Of a stretch of DNA of 64,000 nucleotides, positions 9,965 to 19,804 are shown one piece after another. Numbering within the stretch: the first letter of the stretch is position 1; the number at the start of each line of letters is the position of its first letter. This DNA is from Pseudomonadota bacterium (GTDB taxonomy: Bacteria; Pseudomonadota; Alphaproteobacteria; UBA828), in assembly GCA_027624955.1 (NCBI GenBank), contig JAQBTG010000003.1, positions 23,163 to 87,162 of the forward strand, given 5' to 3'. Position numbers and translations under genes: made by a program. A model generated the notes under the pieces. That model had not been told where the DNA came from and ran no database searches. It worked only from the letters and a program-made list of their open reading frames with translations.

Positions 9965-11392
9965 TTATGCCGACGCTGCGGCGGTCGCGCCACCCGCGAC
10001 CAATGGCGGCCTTTTATCTGCCCAAGGATGTGCCTCTTCGAACGCCGCAGCGGCGCGGAAAATATCTATTTCCGAATTGATTCGCCCGACCATCTGCAAT
10101 CCGACCGGTAGGCCAGAATCGGTAAAACCAGCCGGAATGGAAGCCGCCGGCTGTCCGGTCGTATTGAACGGGTAGGTGTAATAGACCCAGGAAACCGGAT
10201 CGCGGTCCTCCCATCCGGGCGGCATGTCGAACCCGGTATCGAAAGCGGCAACTGGGAGCACCGGCGACAGCAGCAAATCGTAGTTGTCAAAGAATTCACG
10301 GACGGTTTCGCGAAATGCATAGCGCGCGAACAGCTTGATGAAATAATCTTCGATCGATTGGTCAAGCACACCCGACAGCATTTTGACGACAGCGGGGTCC
10401 AATTGCTCCGGCGAATCCGTCAACAATCCTTTCAATTTGGTGCCAACGCCGCCATAAAACTCGGCCCGCCAGATTTCCAGCGGCTCGTCGCCGAACGGTG
10501 CTTCCACCATCTCCAAATGACAACCCAGTTTTTCGAAGGATCGAGCGGCACGTTCCGTGATCTCGAGTATTTCCGGATCCGCCCGGGCGTAGCCGAAAGT
10601 CGGGCTCCAGGCGATTCGCATCCCCTTGATCGATTGTCCGCACGCGCCAAGATAATCCGGCACCGGTCCGGCGACGGCAAAGGGATCGCGAGGGTCGTGC
10701 CCCGAAATCGCGGTGAGCAGCAGTGCCGCGTCGCGCACGGTTCGCGCTAGTGGGCCGACATGGGCAAGCGTCGGCGTCGCGGGAATGGGAAATAACGGAA
10801 CGCGGGAGAATTGCGCCTTGATACCGAACAGGCCACACAGCGATGACGGTATGCGAATGGAGCCGCCGCCATCGGTGCCAAGAGCAAACGGCGTAAGTCC
10901 CGACGCGACGCTGGCCCCGGCGCCGGCGCTCGAACCACCCGGTGTTTTAGCTAAATTCCAAGGATTGCGCGTTACGCCGGTGAGCGGGCTATCGCCGGTG
11001 CCTTTACAGCCGAATTCGCTGGTGGTGGTTTTGCCGATGATGCAGGCGCCGGCGGCACGGGCGCGCGCCACTGCCGGTGCGTCGACCGCGCCTATGTTCC
11101 CTGCGAACGGCTTAGAGCCAAATGTCCAAGGCACCCCTTTCATTGAAATCAAGTCTTTGACGGAAAGCGGCAGGCCGTGCAGCAGGCCAAGCGCGTCACC
11201 CGCCATGACCGCTTGCTCCGCTCGCTTCGCCGCCGCGCGCGCGATGTCAGGCGTGCAAGTGACGAAGGCATTTATTTCCGGCTCAAGTGCGGCCTGGCGC
11301 TCGATGACATCTTCGGCCAGTTCGACCGGCGAGATTTCTTTCGCGGCGATCAGGCGCGTCAGGTCGAGGGCGGTATGATAGGCGAAACCCAT
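9965..11392 (-). CDS. Amidase (amidase-signature family)
   Basis: 475 aa with the GGSSAGAGASVASG amidase-signature motif and a Ser-cisSer-Lys-type core. Confidence 0.85.
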   Translation of the reverse strand: MGFAYHTALDLTRLIAAKEISPVELAEDVIERQAALEPEINAFVTCTPDIARAAAKRAEQAVMAGDALGLLHGLPLSVKDLISMKGVPWTFGSKPFAGNIGAVDAPAVARARAAGACIIGKTTTSEFGCKGTGDSPLTGVTRNPWNLAKTPGGSSAGAGASVASGLTPFALGTDGGGSIRIPSSLCGLFGIKAQFSRVPLFPIPATPTLAHVGPLARTVRDAALLLTAISGHDPRDPFAVAGPVPDYLGACGQSIKGMRIAWSPTFGYARADPEILEITERAARSFEKLGCHLEMVEAPFGDEPLEIWRAEFYGGVGTKLKGLLTDSPEQLDPAVVKMLSGVLDQSIEDYFIKLFARYAFRETVREFFDNYDLLLSPVLPVAAFDTGFDMPPGWEDRDPVSWVYYTYPFNTTGQPAASIPAGFTDSGLPVGLQMVGRINSEIDIFRAAAAFEEAHPWADKRPPLVAGGATAAASA

Positions 11393-11419
11393 GTCGTCAA
11401 ACTCCTCTTGGATGACCGC

Positions 11420-12481
11420 TTAGATGGCGCCGGAGCCACGGTCGAGGACCGTGTGCTGTTTCAATATGCAGGTGGCAAAGCGGGCTTCGAGGTCTGCCTT
11501 GTTGAGTCCCCTGCCGATGATAACCATACGGGTTTCGGGCTCGCCGCGCGGCCAGGTGTCGGCATAGGTTGGCGGGCTGAAAGTGCCTTGAACACCCTGT
11601 ATGATGACCGGCTTATCGACATTGTCGAATTGCACCAGCCCTTTGACACGATAGAGATCATCGCCAAGTTCTTGGGTTAGTTCGTAAAAAAATCGCAGCA
11701 CCAAATTCCAGTCCATGATACGGGAATCCTGCAAGCAAACCGCGCTGACGTTTGGGGTGTGGCGGTGAACGTCATCCGCCTCATTGTCCGTGCTGCCGAG
11801 CCATTCGCCTACCGCATCGTCGCGATTTTTCGGATCAAACAGATCCAGATCGACAATTTTATCGACCGCCAGCACACCAAAAGACGTGACTTCTTTACGT
11901 GAATAAGGATTAAGCGCGCCCACTACCGAAGCTGCGCGGGCGAACGCCGCGTCGTCCACCATGTCGCGTTTGTTAAAAATAATCTTGTCAGCGATGGCAA
12001 TCTGCTTTTGCGCCTCGACCGAGTTTTTGATCTCGGCTTCCACGTGCTTGAGATCGACAACCGTCAATACCGCATCGAGCTTAAACGTCAGATCGAGTTT
12101 CAAATCCGTGTAAAGCAGTTTGGCGAGGGGGGACGGATCCGCAATGCCAGTTGTTTCGATGACGATTTTATCAAAGTCAATCTTCGGCTCGGCCAAGCCC
12201 ACCTTGCGCATGAACAGTTTGTTGAGGCCATCCATCAAATCGCCCTGGGCGGCGCAACAGATGCAGCCGTTCGTCAGCTCCAACATATCCTCAGAGGCGC
12301 GCGATATCAGATCACCATCGATGCCTATTTCGCCGAATTCATTGACGATAACGGCAATTTTTCCGGCGTTCGGATCGCTCAACAAGTGGTTGATCATGGT
12401 CGTCTTGCCAGAGCCAAGAAAGCCGCTCAGCAACGTGATCGGTATGCGTTGGTCGTTGTCCCGTGAATCTACCCGAGACAT
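11420..12481 (-). CDS. COG0523 / CobW-family GTP-dependent metallochaperone
   Basis: GFLGSGKTT P-loop, CICC metal-binding motif (GCICCAAQ) and a CobW C-terminal domain. 26-27 nt gaps to both flanking genes. Confidence 0.85.
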   Translation of the reverse strand: MSRVDSRDNDQRIPITLLSGFLGSGKTTMINHLLSDPNAGKIAVIVNEFGEIGIDGDLISRASEDMLELTNGCICCAAQGDLMDGLNKLFMRKVGLAEPKIDFDKIVIETTGIADPSPLAKLLYTDLKLDLTFKLDAVLTVVDLKHVEAEIKNSVEAQKQIAIADKIIFNKRDMVDDAAFARAASVVGALNPYSRKEVTSFGVLAVDKIVDLDLFDPKNRDDAVGEWLGSTDNEADDVHRHTPNVSAVCLQDSRIMDWNLVLRFFYELTQELGDDLYRVKGLVQFDNVDKPVIIQGVQGTFSPPTYADTWPRGEPETRMVIIGRGLNKADLEARFATCILKQHTVLDRGSGAI

Positions 12482-12507
12482 CTCCGATCTCCCGAAAGCT
12501 ACTCTCT

Positions 12508-13212
12508 TTAGTCGTCCACCATGGCCCAGGCGCGAACCGGTGCGCCGCTGCCGTCACCGATCTTGATCGGCGGGCCGAAGAACTGAAATTCACCTTTTCC
12601 GATCAGCTGTTCAAGATTCACCAGCCATTCGTAATGGGTAATTCCGCGGTCCCGGCAGACGCGGTGATTGGGAAATAGATTGTCCGACGGTTTGTCCGTC
12701 GAGGGTCCTTCGACGCCATGCAGTTTGGAGCCCCGATCGGCTAGCCAATTGGTGGCGTCGGCGGTGATGCCGGCGTTGCTCCACACCACTTTCACATCTG
12801 GATAGTGGCGCTCGTGCAGGCCAGTGCACATGAGCACGATATGCCCATCCACCTTGACGCCGGTTTTTTCTTGGGCGGCTTCCATATCGGCGACATCGAT
12901 ATCGCCGAGGTCGGGAATGTGGCGCATGTCGAAGCACACGGATTTACCCATGAACATATCGAGCGGCATATTGTCGACCGTGGCGCCATTGGGGTTGGTG
13001 TGAAAGAAGGCGTCCACATGGGTGCCGATATGGTCGACCATGCCGAGGAACGTGGTGGCGAAGGAGAGCCGGTCGTTGGGCACGCCGAGCTCGAAATCTT
13101 TTATGGTTTTCTCGTGCGTGTAATGCGGAACGATAACGGGGCGCTGGAATAATTTATGCGCCGGCATATTGTCGGTCAGCTTTAACGTCAAATCGATCAT
13201 TTGTTGGCCCAT
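12508..13212 (-). CDS. Cyclase-family protein (kynurenine-formamidase-like metal-dependent hydrolase)
   Basis: HxGTHxDxxxH motif (DHIGTHVDAFFH). Start set at the internal ATG preceded by a GGGGAGAG RBS. The track ORF starts further upstream at a non-ATG codon. Confidence 0.75.
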   Translation of the reverse strand: MGQQMIDLTLKLTDNMPAHKLFQRPVIVPHYTHEKTIKDFELGVPNDRLSFATTFLGMVDHIGTHVDAFFHTNPNGATVDNMPLDMFMGKSVCFDMRHIPDLGDIDVADMEAAQEKTGVKVDGHIVLMCTGLHERHYPDVKVVWSNAGITADATNWLADRGSKLHGVEGPSTDKPSDNLFPNHRVCRDRGITHYEWLVNLEQLIGKGEFQFFGPPIKIGDGSGAPVRAWAMVDD

Positions 13213-13437
13213 TTTACTCTCCCCATAATTGCCGATCCCGTGTTGGACCCTTGTAGTCCAAAACAATAGCAGTGCGCCGATGGCGGCGCCAGTAGAAGAG
13301 CACTATCGGCGCACGTCCCGATACAACCCCATTGCCGGCGCACATTTGTCACACATCGGCAGTGCTCAACCTATTGTATGGGTGCCCGGTGAAGCATAGA
13401 ATCATGCAGTCGAAAAAATGGCAGAGGATGCATAATC

Positions 13438-14349
13438 ATGACGCCCGAAAAGGTGTTGACCCACGCGCCTAAAATTCTGGACCAATCGGAGCGCGAATAT
13501 TTTTTCGAAACCGGATATCTGCTCAAGGAACGCTTTGTAAGCGAAGACTGGTTGGCGCGACTGTGGGAAGTGACCGAGCGCATGGTCGACGAAAGCCGAG
13601 GGTTGAGCACATCAAACGATAAGTTCGACCTAGAGCCGGCGCACACGGCGGATGCCCCCAAATTGCGCCGCCTTACCCAACCAGTCGACCATGACCCGGT
13701 ATATTGGGAGTTCGCGTCGAATTCGATGATTACCGATCTAGCCGAGGATTTACTCGGCCCGAACATCAAATTTCATCATTCGAAGCTCAATTTCAAATGG
13801 TTTGGCGGCGGCGAAGAGGTGAAATGGCACCAGGACATTCAATTTTGGCCGCACACCAATTTCAGCGTTCTGACGATTGGCGTCTATCTCGATGATGTCG
13901 ACGATGTGACGGGGCCGATGGGTGTCCTTCCCGGAAGCCACAAAGGCGAGCTATTTGATCAATATAATGGCGACAATCAGTGGGTTGGCTGCCTGAGCAA
14001 TCAAGATCTGAAAAAGGTCGAGTTGGACAAGGCGGTCTACATGAAAGGTCCGGCCGGCTCCGTCACCGTTCACCATTGCCGGGCGCTGCACGGCTCCATG
14101 GCCAACAATCATCCGAGCAAAGCGCGCCCGCTCCTGTTGAACGCTTTTTCCTCAGCCGATGCCTTGCCGATCACGCCCAATCCCACGCCGTCGCGCCATA
14201 ACGGCAGAATCGTACGCGGTGAGGCCGCGCGCTATGCCGAGTTCGACCCCTTCCCGGCCCGCCTGCCGCCGGATTGGTCCGGCGGCTACTCCTCCATTTT
14301 TGCACTCCAACAGGAAGATGACAAAAAAGCGGCCGGTATTAAGGGGTAA
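13438..14349 (+). CDS. Phytanoyl-CoA dioxygenase (PhyH) family Fe(II)/2-oxoglutarate dioxygenase
   Basis: 303 aa with a PhyH-like HxD...H region (HQDIQFWPHTNF...HHCRALHGS). GAGG RBS. Confidence 0.75.
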   Translation: MTPEKVLTHAPKILDQSEREYFFETGYLLKERFVSEDWLARLWEVTERMVDESRGLSTSNDKFDLEPAHTADAPKLRRLTQPVDHDPVYWEFASNSMITDLAEDLLGPNIKFHHSKLNFKWFGGGEEVKWHQDIQFWPHTNFSVLTIGVYLDDVDDVTGPMGVLPGSHKGELFDQYNGDNQWVGCLSNQDLKKVELDKAVYMKGPAGSVTVHHCRALHGSMANNHPSKARPLLLNAFSSADALPITPNPTPSRHNGRIVRGEAARYAEFDPFPARLPPDWSGGYSSIFALQQEDDKKAAGIKG

Positions 14350-14359
14350 GCAGTTCTGG

Positions 14360-14767
14360 TCAGCCGATAATTTCGCCGTCGACGAACGCCATCGCCTCTA
14401 TTTCGATCTCTAGTTCCGGCAGCGCGAGGCCGGTAATTTCGACGATGGTGTCTGCCGGATAAGGCGGTGTGAAATATTTTTTGCGCAGTGCGATTATTTT
14501 GCTGAAATTACCCATGTCTTTCAAAAATATAGTTACCTTGATGACCTTGGATAAATCTGATCCGCCAGCTTGCAGAACGGTCTGTAAATTCTCAAAAACC
14601 TGCACCGCCTGGGCATCGAAATCTCCGGCGCCGACGACCTTTCCTTCCAAGCTGAAGGCTGCTTGGCCAGAGACGTAAATCATATTGTCGACCCGGTAAG
14701 CCTGAGCGAGGCAAAACGCCTCATATGGGTCCGGGTCGGTCTTTATGCGGATCGCTTGTTGCACCAT
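14360..14767 (-). CDS. RidA/YjgF family reactive-intermediate deaminase
   Basis: 135 aa with the typical YjgF/chorismate-mutase-like fold sequence (...VIKVTIFLKDMGNF...). Confidence 0.85.
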   Translation of the reverse strand: MVQQAIRIKTDPDPYEAFCLAQAYRVDNMIYVSGQAAFSLEGKVVGAGDFDAQAVQVFENLQTVLQAGGSDLSKVIKVTIFLKDMGNFSKIIALRKKYFTPPYPADTIVEITGLALPELEIEIEAMAFVDGEIIG

Positions 14768-14994
14768 TTCCTATATCTTTCCTGAGTTATGTTTGTCCGC
14801 TCGAGACTATTCGTCCTTGCGTCCCGCAACAACATGTCAAAATTGGCAGGCATTGTGAGCCATTAGAGAAGACTCTCCGCAATGGCGCGACTTATCTGCC
14901 AGTGCGGGTTATCTTGGACCCTAAGCTTTGACCCAACTCAAACGGTGCGTTGCCGGATGCAGACGGTCAAATAAACGACGAAACGGGAATAAAA

Positions 14995-15798
14995 ATGACG
15001 AAGGCGAAAGCAATTCTCACGCAAAGATCAAAGAGCGTTCTCACGCTGACACTCAACCGGCCGGAAGTGCTGAACGCGGTGAATGGGCCGCTCACCGAAC
15101 AGTTGTTCGATGAACTAGCCGCGGTAGAGAATGATTCCCGCATACGCTGCGTCGTGATCCGTGGTGCGGGAGGGCATTTCATGGCCGGCGGCGATCTCAA
15201 ATTGTTTCACGGCGAACTCAACCGTGAATCGGATGAACGCCGCCGTTTCTTTGAAAAATTCGTCTATCAGGTGCATCCCTTGATCCAAGTGATCAAGCGC
15301 CTGCCTAAGCCGGTCGTTGCTAGCGTTGAGGGTGCGGCGGGCGGTTTCGGCGTGAGCCTGATGCTGGCTTGCGATCTGGTGATCGCTGCAGATACCAGCT
15401 TCTACACAATGGCCTATTGCAGCATCGGCACCAGTCCGGACGGCTCGTCGACATATTTTTTGCCGCGCTCCGTAGGGCTAAAAAAGGCGATGGAGCTGGC
15501 CCTGCTGTGCGAGCGTTTCGATGCTGAAACCGCAAAGGATCTCGGCATGGTCAATTGGGTGGTCCCGCATAAAGACTTGGTGAGCGAGACGGCAAAACTT
15601 TCGCAGCGTCTGGCAAGCGGGCCGACCCGTGCCTATGGCAATACGAAAAAATTGCTAAATGCCTCGCTGCACTCCACCCTTGACGACCAATTGCAGGCGG
15701 AAGCCGAAAGCTTCGCGGCTTGCGCTGGTACTTCCGATTTTGTCGAAGGCATCAGCGCGTTTGTCGAGAAACGTAAGGCCAAATTCAAAGGAAAATAG
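14995..15798 (+). CDS. Enoyl-CoA hydratase/isomerase (crotonase) family protein
   Basis: Crotonase fold (LTLNRPEVLNAV...GGHFMAGGDL). Start taken at the internal ATG (MTKAKAIL). The track start at 14950 is TTG. Confidence 0.8.
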   Translation: MTKAKAILTQRSKSVLTLTLNRPEVLNAVNGPLTEQLFDELAAVENDSRIRCVVIRGAGGHFMAGGDLKLFHGELNRESDERRRFFEKFVYQVHPLIQVIKRLPKPVVASVEGAAGGFGVSLMLACDLVIAADTSFYTMAYCSIGTSPDGSSTYFLPRSVGLKKAMELALLCERFDAETAKDLGMVNWVVPHKDLVSETAKLSQRLASGPTRAYGNTKKLLNASLHSTLDDQLQAEAESFAACAGTSDFVEGISAFVEKRKAKFKGK

Positions 15799-15838
15799 CG
15801 CGCGGTTTTCGCGGGTCTGAGGAGAGGAGAATTTCGGT

Positions 15839-16306
15839 ATGGGCAGCCATTCACACGAACATTACGTCAAACTTGTCGAACAAGAATATTTCGGCAATGT
15901 CGCCCGTCAGAATATTGCTGGCATCCTCGACTGTTTTACCGAGGATGCGCGGGTTACGATCTATCACGGTGACAATGAGCCACGCCGGTTTAGTGGTGCG
16001 GCCGATGCCGGCGCGTCGCCGCTCCGCAGTTTTTTCGATCATTTGCTCGCTAATTACGATCCTCATTTCGAGGACTTCACCCATTTCGTGGATGCGGAAA
16101 ACGATCGATGCGCCGCGTATTTTAAGGTGCGCCTCATGCCAAAGGCGGTTTCACCCTATGTGGCGTCCGGTGTTCTAAATCTGCACAACTGCAATTTCTT
16201 CCTGTGCCGCGCAGGTAAGATCCACGACATGACTGTCTATTATTCCAATCCAGACGCGGCCAAGATCGCTGGACCGGCACCGACCGGTTTTCCCAAAGCA
16301 AGCTAA
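15839..16306 (+). CDS. NTF2-like / SnoaL-like small protein
   Basis: 155 aa whose composition and length fit the nuclear-transport-factor-2-like superfamily. Good GGAGAGGAG RBS. Function unknown. Confidence 0.5.
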   Translation: MGSHSHEHYVKLVEQEYFGNVARQNIAGILDCFTEDARVTIYHGDNEPRRFSGAADAGASPLRSFFDHLLANYDPHFEDFTHFVDAENDRCAAYFKVRLMPKAVSPYVASGVLNLHNCNFFLCRAGKIHDMTVYYSNPDAAKIAGPAPTGFPKAS

Positions 16307-16472
16307 CGTCAATTGCGGAACCGCCCTTGCGGTCCAACCGAGGACACATGATCGGCACATTACAATCTGGATTCTTCGCGTCCATCCAATGCTGCTGGCT
16401 GTTGCCGGGCTGATGACGAAGTGGACCTGCCGGCGATCGCCGCGCCAATTGGGACCGCTTTAGTCAATATGT

Positions 16473-17636
16473 TTGAGGCGATCCAAATGGTTCAACATTG
16501 ATATGCCGAAACCTGGGCCGCCCAAGACGGAAATGGAAATCAGCCAAATTTTGGCGGCCGCAGCGCATGACATGCGCCAACCTATTTATTCCCTCAATCT
16601 ATTATTGGCCGCTCTTGCCGGCCGCGCCGAGGACGCTGACACGGCAGCACTTGTAAATGGCGCACAAATATCCGCCGACGGGGTATCAGGCGCGATCGAA
16701 GCAATTCTCGACATTTCCGCTATGCGCGCCGCCGATGCGGAGCCGGATATGGTGGAGTTCGATATCGCCGGATTGTTCAACCATTGCCGCGACCAATTTG
16801 CCGGCCAAGCGGCCACCAAGGGCTTGGAGCTTCGCGTCGTTCCCTGCGCACTCCGTGTGCGGAGCGATCCCCTTCTGTTGCAGCGCCTATTGGATAATTT
16901 GATCTCAAATGCGATACGCCATACTGAGTCGGGCCGGGTGCTGGTCGAATGCCGCCGAGACAAAGATATATTGCTGATCGGCGTCCTCAATAGCGGGCCG
17001 GACTTAGATGAACAGACACTTGCGCTATTTTCTGGGTCGAGAAGGAGTAGCGATTCGGTATCGCGCTCGGCCTGGCGTGGCTTTGCCTTGGGACTATCGA
17101 TCGCGCGCGAGTTCGGCACAATGCTCGGTCACGCCATGTCGATATCTTCCGAGCCGGGACGTGGCACTGCCGTTTGGCTAGAGGTTGGCGTCGCGACGGC
17201 GCGCGGCGAACCGAAAGTATCTTCCGCAGGAATCGCCGCACCCTTGCCTGAGGTCGACGCCATGATCGCGCTCGTGGAAGACGACCCCGAGGTATATTTT
17301 GCGACCTCGGAATTATTGGCCGGTTGGGGATATCAGGTGTTTGGCGGCGCATCGGCCAAGGAGGCGATTGACGACTGTGCGGCAAACGCCGGCGGCAGGT
17401 GCCCTGACCTGCTGCTCTCGGATTTCAAATTGCGGAATGCGCAAACGGCGGTCGATGTGATTATGGGATTTAACCGGCACTTCGATAGCAAGATTCCGGC
17501 AATCATCGTGTCTGGCGATCCTTCGGCGGTGCTCGATGTCGTGGTCGATGGCCTGGAATTTGAGATTTTACAGAAGCCGATCCGCGCAGAAAAACTCCGC
17601 GCGCTCGTGCGCTATGCGCTGGAGAATAGCCGTTAG
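16473..17636 (+). CDS. Hybrid histidine kinase / response-regulator receiver with no sensor or transmembrane domain
   Basis: HisKA H-box (AAAHDMRQPI), HATPase_c (GRGTAVWLEV), then a receiver domain (MIALVEDDPEVYF...LLLSDFKL). No hydrophobic segments. Confidence 0.75.
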   Translation: MRRSKWFNIDMPKPGPPKTEMEISQILAAAAHDMRQPIYSLNLLLAALAGRAEDADTAALVNGAQISADGVSGAIEAILDISAMRAADAEPDMVEFDIAGLFNHCRDQFAGQAATKGLELRVVPCALRVRSDPLLLQRLLDNLISNAIRHTESGRVLVECRRDKDILLIGVLNSGPDLDEQTLALFSGSRRSSDSVSRSAWRGFALGLSIAREFGTMLGHAMSISSEPGRGTAVWLEVGVATARGEPKVSSAGIAAPLPEVDAMIALVEDDPEVYFATSELLAGWGYQVFGGASAKEAIDDCAANAGGRCPDLLLSDFKLRNAQTAVDVIMGFNRHFDSKIPAIIVSGDPSAVLDVVVDGLEFEILQKPIRAEKLRALVRYALENSR

Positions 17637-17656
17637 CGCCTGTGCCTGCGCTTTGC

Positions 17657-18559
17657 CTAAATCCAGGCAGCACCGCGCACGCCGCTATCCGGCCCATATT
17701 TAGCCTCCACTATGCGCGTCACCGGGGCGCCGGAGGAGGCATAGCGTGACCAAAGCCGCGGCACCTCGGTATAAAGGCTGGGGATCGCAGAAAGCCCGCC
17801 GCCCAGCACAATGACATCGGGGTCGAGAAAATTAATGGCGGCGGCGAGCGCTCGCGCCAACCGCCTCTCATAAAGCGATACAGCATGCCGCGCATGGTCC
17901 TGGCCGCTGCTGGCGAGGCGGGATATTTCCTCGGGCTTTGCTGCTCGCCCGGCCACCGAAAAATAATCGCGCGACAAGGCCGCGCCGTTCAGCCAGGTTT
18001 CGATGCACCCGGTTTGACCGCAGCCGCAGGTGATCTCGTCGCCGTCCGAAGGTTCGCGCCACGGCAGGGGGTTGTGGCCCCATTCGCCCGCCGTCGCGTT
18101 GGCGCCGGCAACGATCCGGCCATTGACGACCAGGCCGCCACCGACCCCGGTGCCGAGAATCACCCCGAACACCACAGCGGCGCCTGCCGCCGCGCCGTCG
18201 GTCGCTTCCGATAAGGCAAAGCAGTTCGCGTCATTTCCGATATGCACGGGGCGTTCAAACAGACGCTCCAGGTCACTGCGAAAAGGCCTGCCTTGCAACC
18301 ACGGCAAATTAGCCACCAACATCGGTTCGCCGGCGCCGTTGACAACTCCCGGCATGCTGATGCCGATCCGCGCCGCCGGCCGTACCTGGCTTTCCAATTG
18401 GGCCACTGTCTTGGAGATAATGTCGATCGTGCCGTTATAATCGCGTGAGATATCAGCACGGCAGCGGGCCTGCTCCCTGCCCTCTTCGTCCAGTATCACG
18501 GCGGCAATCTTGGTGCCGCCGATATCGATGCCGATGCGCATGTTGGTTTGCTCAACCAT
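17657..18559 (-). CDS. nagK: ROK-family N-acetylglucosamine kinase
   Basis: RIGIDIGGTKIAAV ATP-binding motif and the ROK Cys-rich region (CGCGQTGCIE). 8-nt overlap with upstream nagA. Confidence 0.75.
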   Translation of the reverse strand: MVEQTNMRIGIDIGGTKIAAVILDEEGREQARCRADISRDYNGTIDIISKTVAQLESQVRPAARIGISMPGVVNGAGEPMLVANLPWLQGRPFRSDLERLFERPVHIGNDANCFALSEATDGAAAGAAVVFGVILGTGVGGGLVVNGRIVAGANATAGEWGHNPLPWREPSDGDEITCGCGQTGCIETWLNGAALSRDYFSVAGRAAKPEEISRLASSGQDHARHAVSLYERRLARALAAAINFLDPDVIVLGGGLSAIPSLYTEVPRLWSRYASSGAPVTRIVEAKYGPDSGVRGAAWI

Positions 18560-19739
18560 GATATTCGTAATGCCCTTTCACCCAGGTCGCTTTGACCATG
18601 AGGTCATCATCCAGCCAGACTAGACTGGCGTCATAGCCGGTCGCGATTTTTCCGAGAGAATCTCCAAGCCCAAGAAACTCAGCGGGATGTGTCGAAGCCA
18701 TGCGAAGCGCAGCTTCGAGCGGAATCAAAACGTTTCGCACGCAATTTCGCACGGCGCTGGCCATATCGAGGGTCGAGCCCGCAAGGCAGCCATTCGCCAG
18801 GAAACATGATCCGTCGCGCACCGTAACTTTCTCTCCCCGATATTCGAAGGCGGCCATTTCGGTGCCGACCGGCGCCATTGCATCGGTGACGAGAAAAAGC
18901 TTGTCTTGCTTTGCCCGCCAGGCCGCGAGAATCGACGTCTCATGGACATGCACGCCGTCGGCAATGATGCCGCACCAAAGATCGGCATTGGCGAGCGCTG
19001 CGCCGACGGCGCCAGGCGCACGGCCGGTGAATTGGGTCATTGCATTGAACAAATGCGTTACACCCAATAAGCCCGCTTGTTGCGCTGCTGTAACTTGCTC
19101 CGCCGTGGCCTGTGTATGTCCGGCCGAAACGCGGATGCCGGCCGCTGTCAATTGAGCGATTAACCCGGGCGGCGCGCATTCCGGCGCCAGCGTGACGACC
19201 CGGGCCCCCGGCACAGCGCCAAGCCCGTCGATAATCTCCGCGTCGAGCGCACCTATATGGCCGGCATCATGCATTCCTTTGCGCTCCGGATTTATGATCG
19301 GGCCTTCGAGATGAATGCCGAGCACGCCAGGCGTTGCCGCCGCCAAGGCCTCGCATACCGCGTCAATCGCCTGCCTGATATGTCCGCGTTCGTCCGTGAT
19401 CAGGGTCGGCAGAAATCCGACGGTGCCGAAGCGCCGGTGAGTCTTAGCCATGCGCGCGATGGTTTCTACCGTCGGCGCCGTATTGAACATGACGCCGCCA
19501 CCGCCATTGACCTGAACATCAATAAACCCGGGTGCCAAATGGCCGCCGTCCAAGTTGTGCTGGGGGATATCGGCCGGGATGTCCGACATTTCCACAATGT
19601 CCGAAATATGCCGGCCTTCGATAAGAACAGCAGGCGCTTCCAGGCGCTTGGAAGCGATATGGATGCGACAGTTCGTCAAGGCGTACAAGCAAACATCTCC
19701 GAATCGTTCGGGCCGTTGCAGCCTATCAGGCCACCACAC
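18552..19739 (-). CDS. nagA: N-acetylglucosamine-6-phosphate deacetylase
   Basis: ALTNCRI N-terminus, GFIDVQVNGGGG, HLEGPIINP and amidohydrolase metal ligands. Start codon uncertain. Confidence 0.85.
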   Translation of the reverse strand: MWWPDRLQRPERFGDVCLYALTNCRIHIASKRLEAPAVLIEGRHISDIVEMSDIPADIPQHNLDGGHLAPGFIDVQVNGGGGVMFNTAPTVETIARMAKTHRRFGTVGFLPTLITDERGHIRQAIDAVCEALAAATPGVLGIHLEGPIINPERKGMHDAGHIGALDAEIIDGLGAVPGARVVTLAPECAPPGLIAQLTAAGIRVSAGHTQATAEQVTAAQQAGLLGVTHLFNAMTQFTGRAPGAVGAALANADLWCGIIADGVHVHETSILAAWRAKQDKLFLVTDAMAPVGTEMAAFEYRGEKVTVRDGSCFLANGCLAGSTLDMASAVRNCVRNVLIPLEAALRMASTHPAEFLGLGDSLGKIATGYDASLVWLDDDLMVKATWVKGHYEYHG

Positions 19740-19804
19740 CTAGGCGGATTAATTTCTAGCGTTTCGGCGCTTGTTTTGCCCCGGCGCTCTAGGTAGCGTG
19801 GCGC

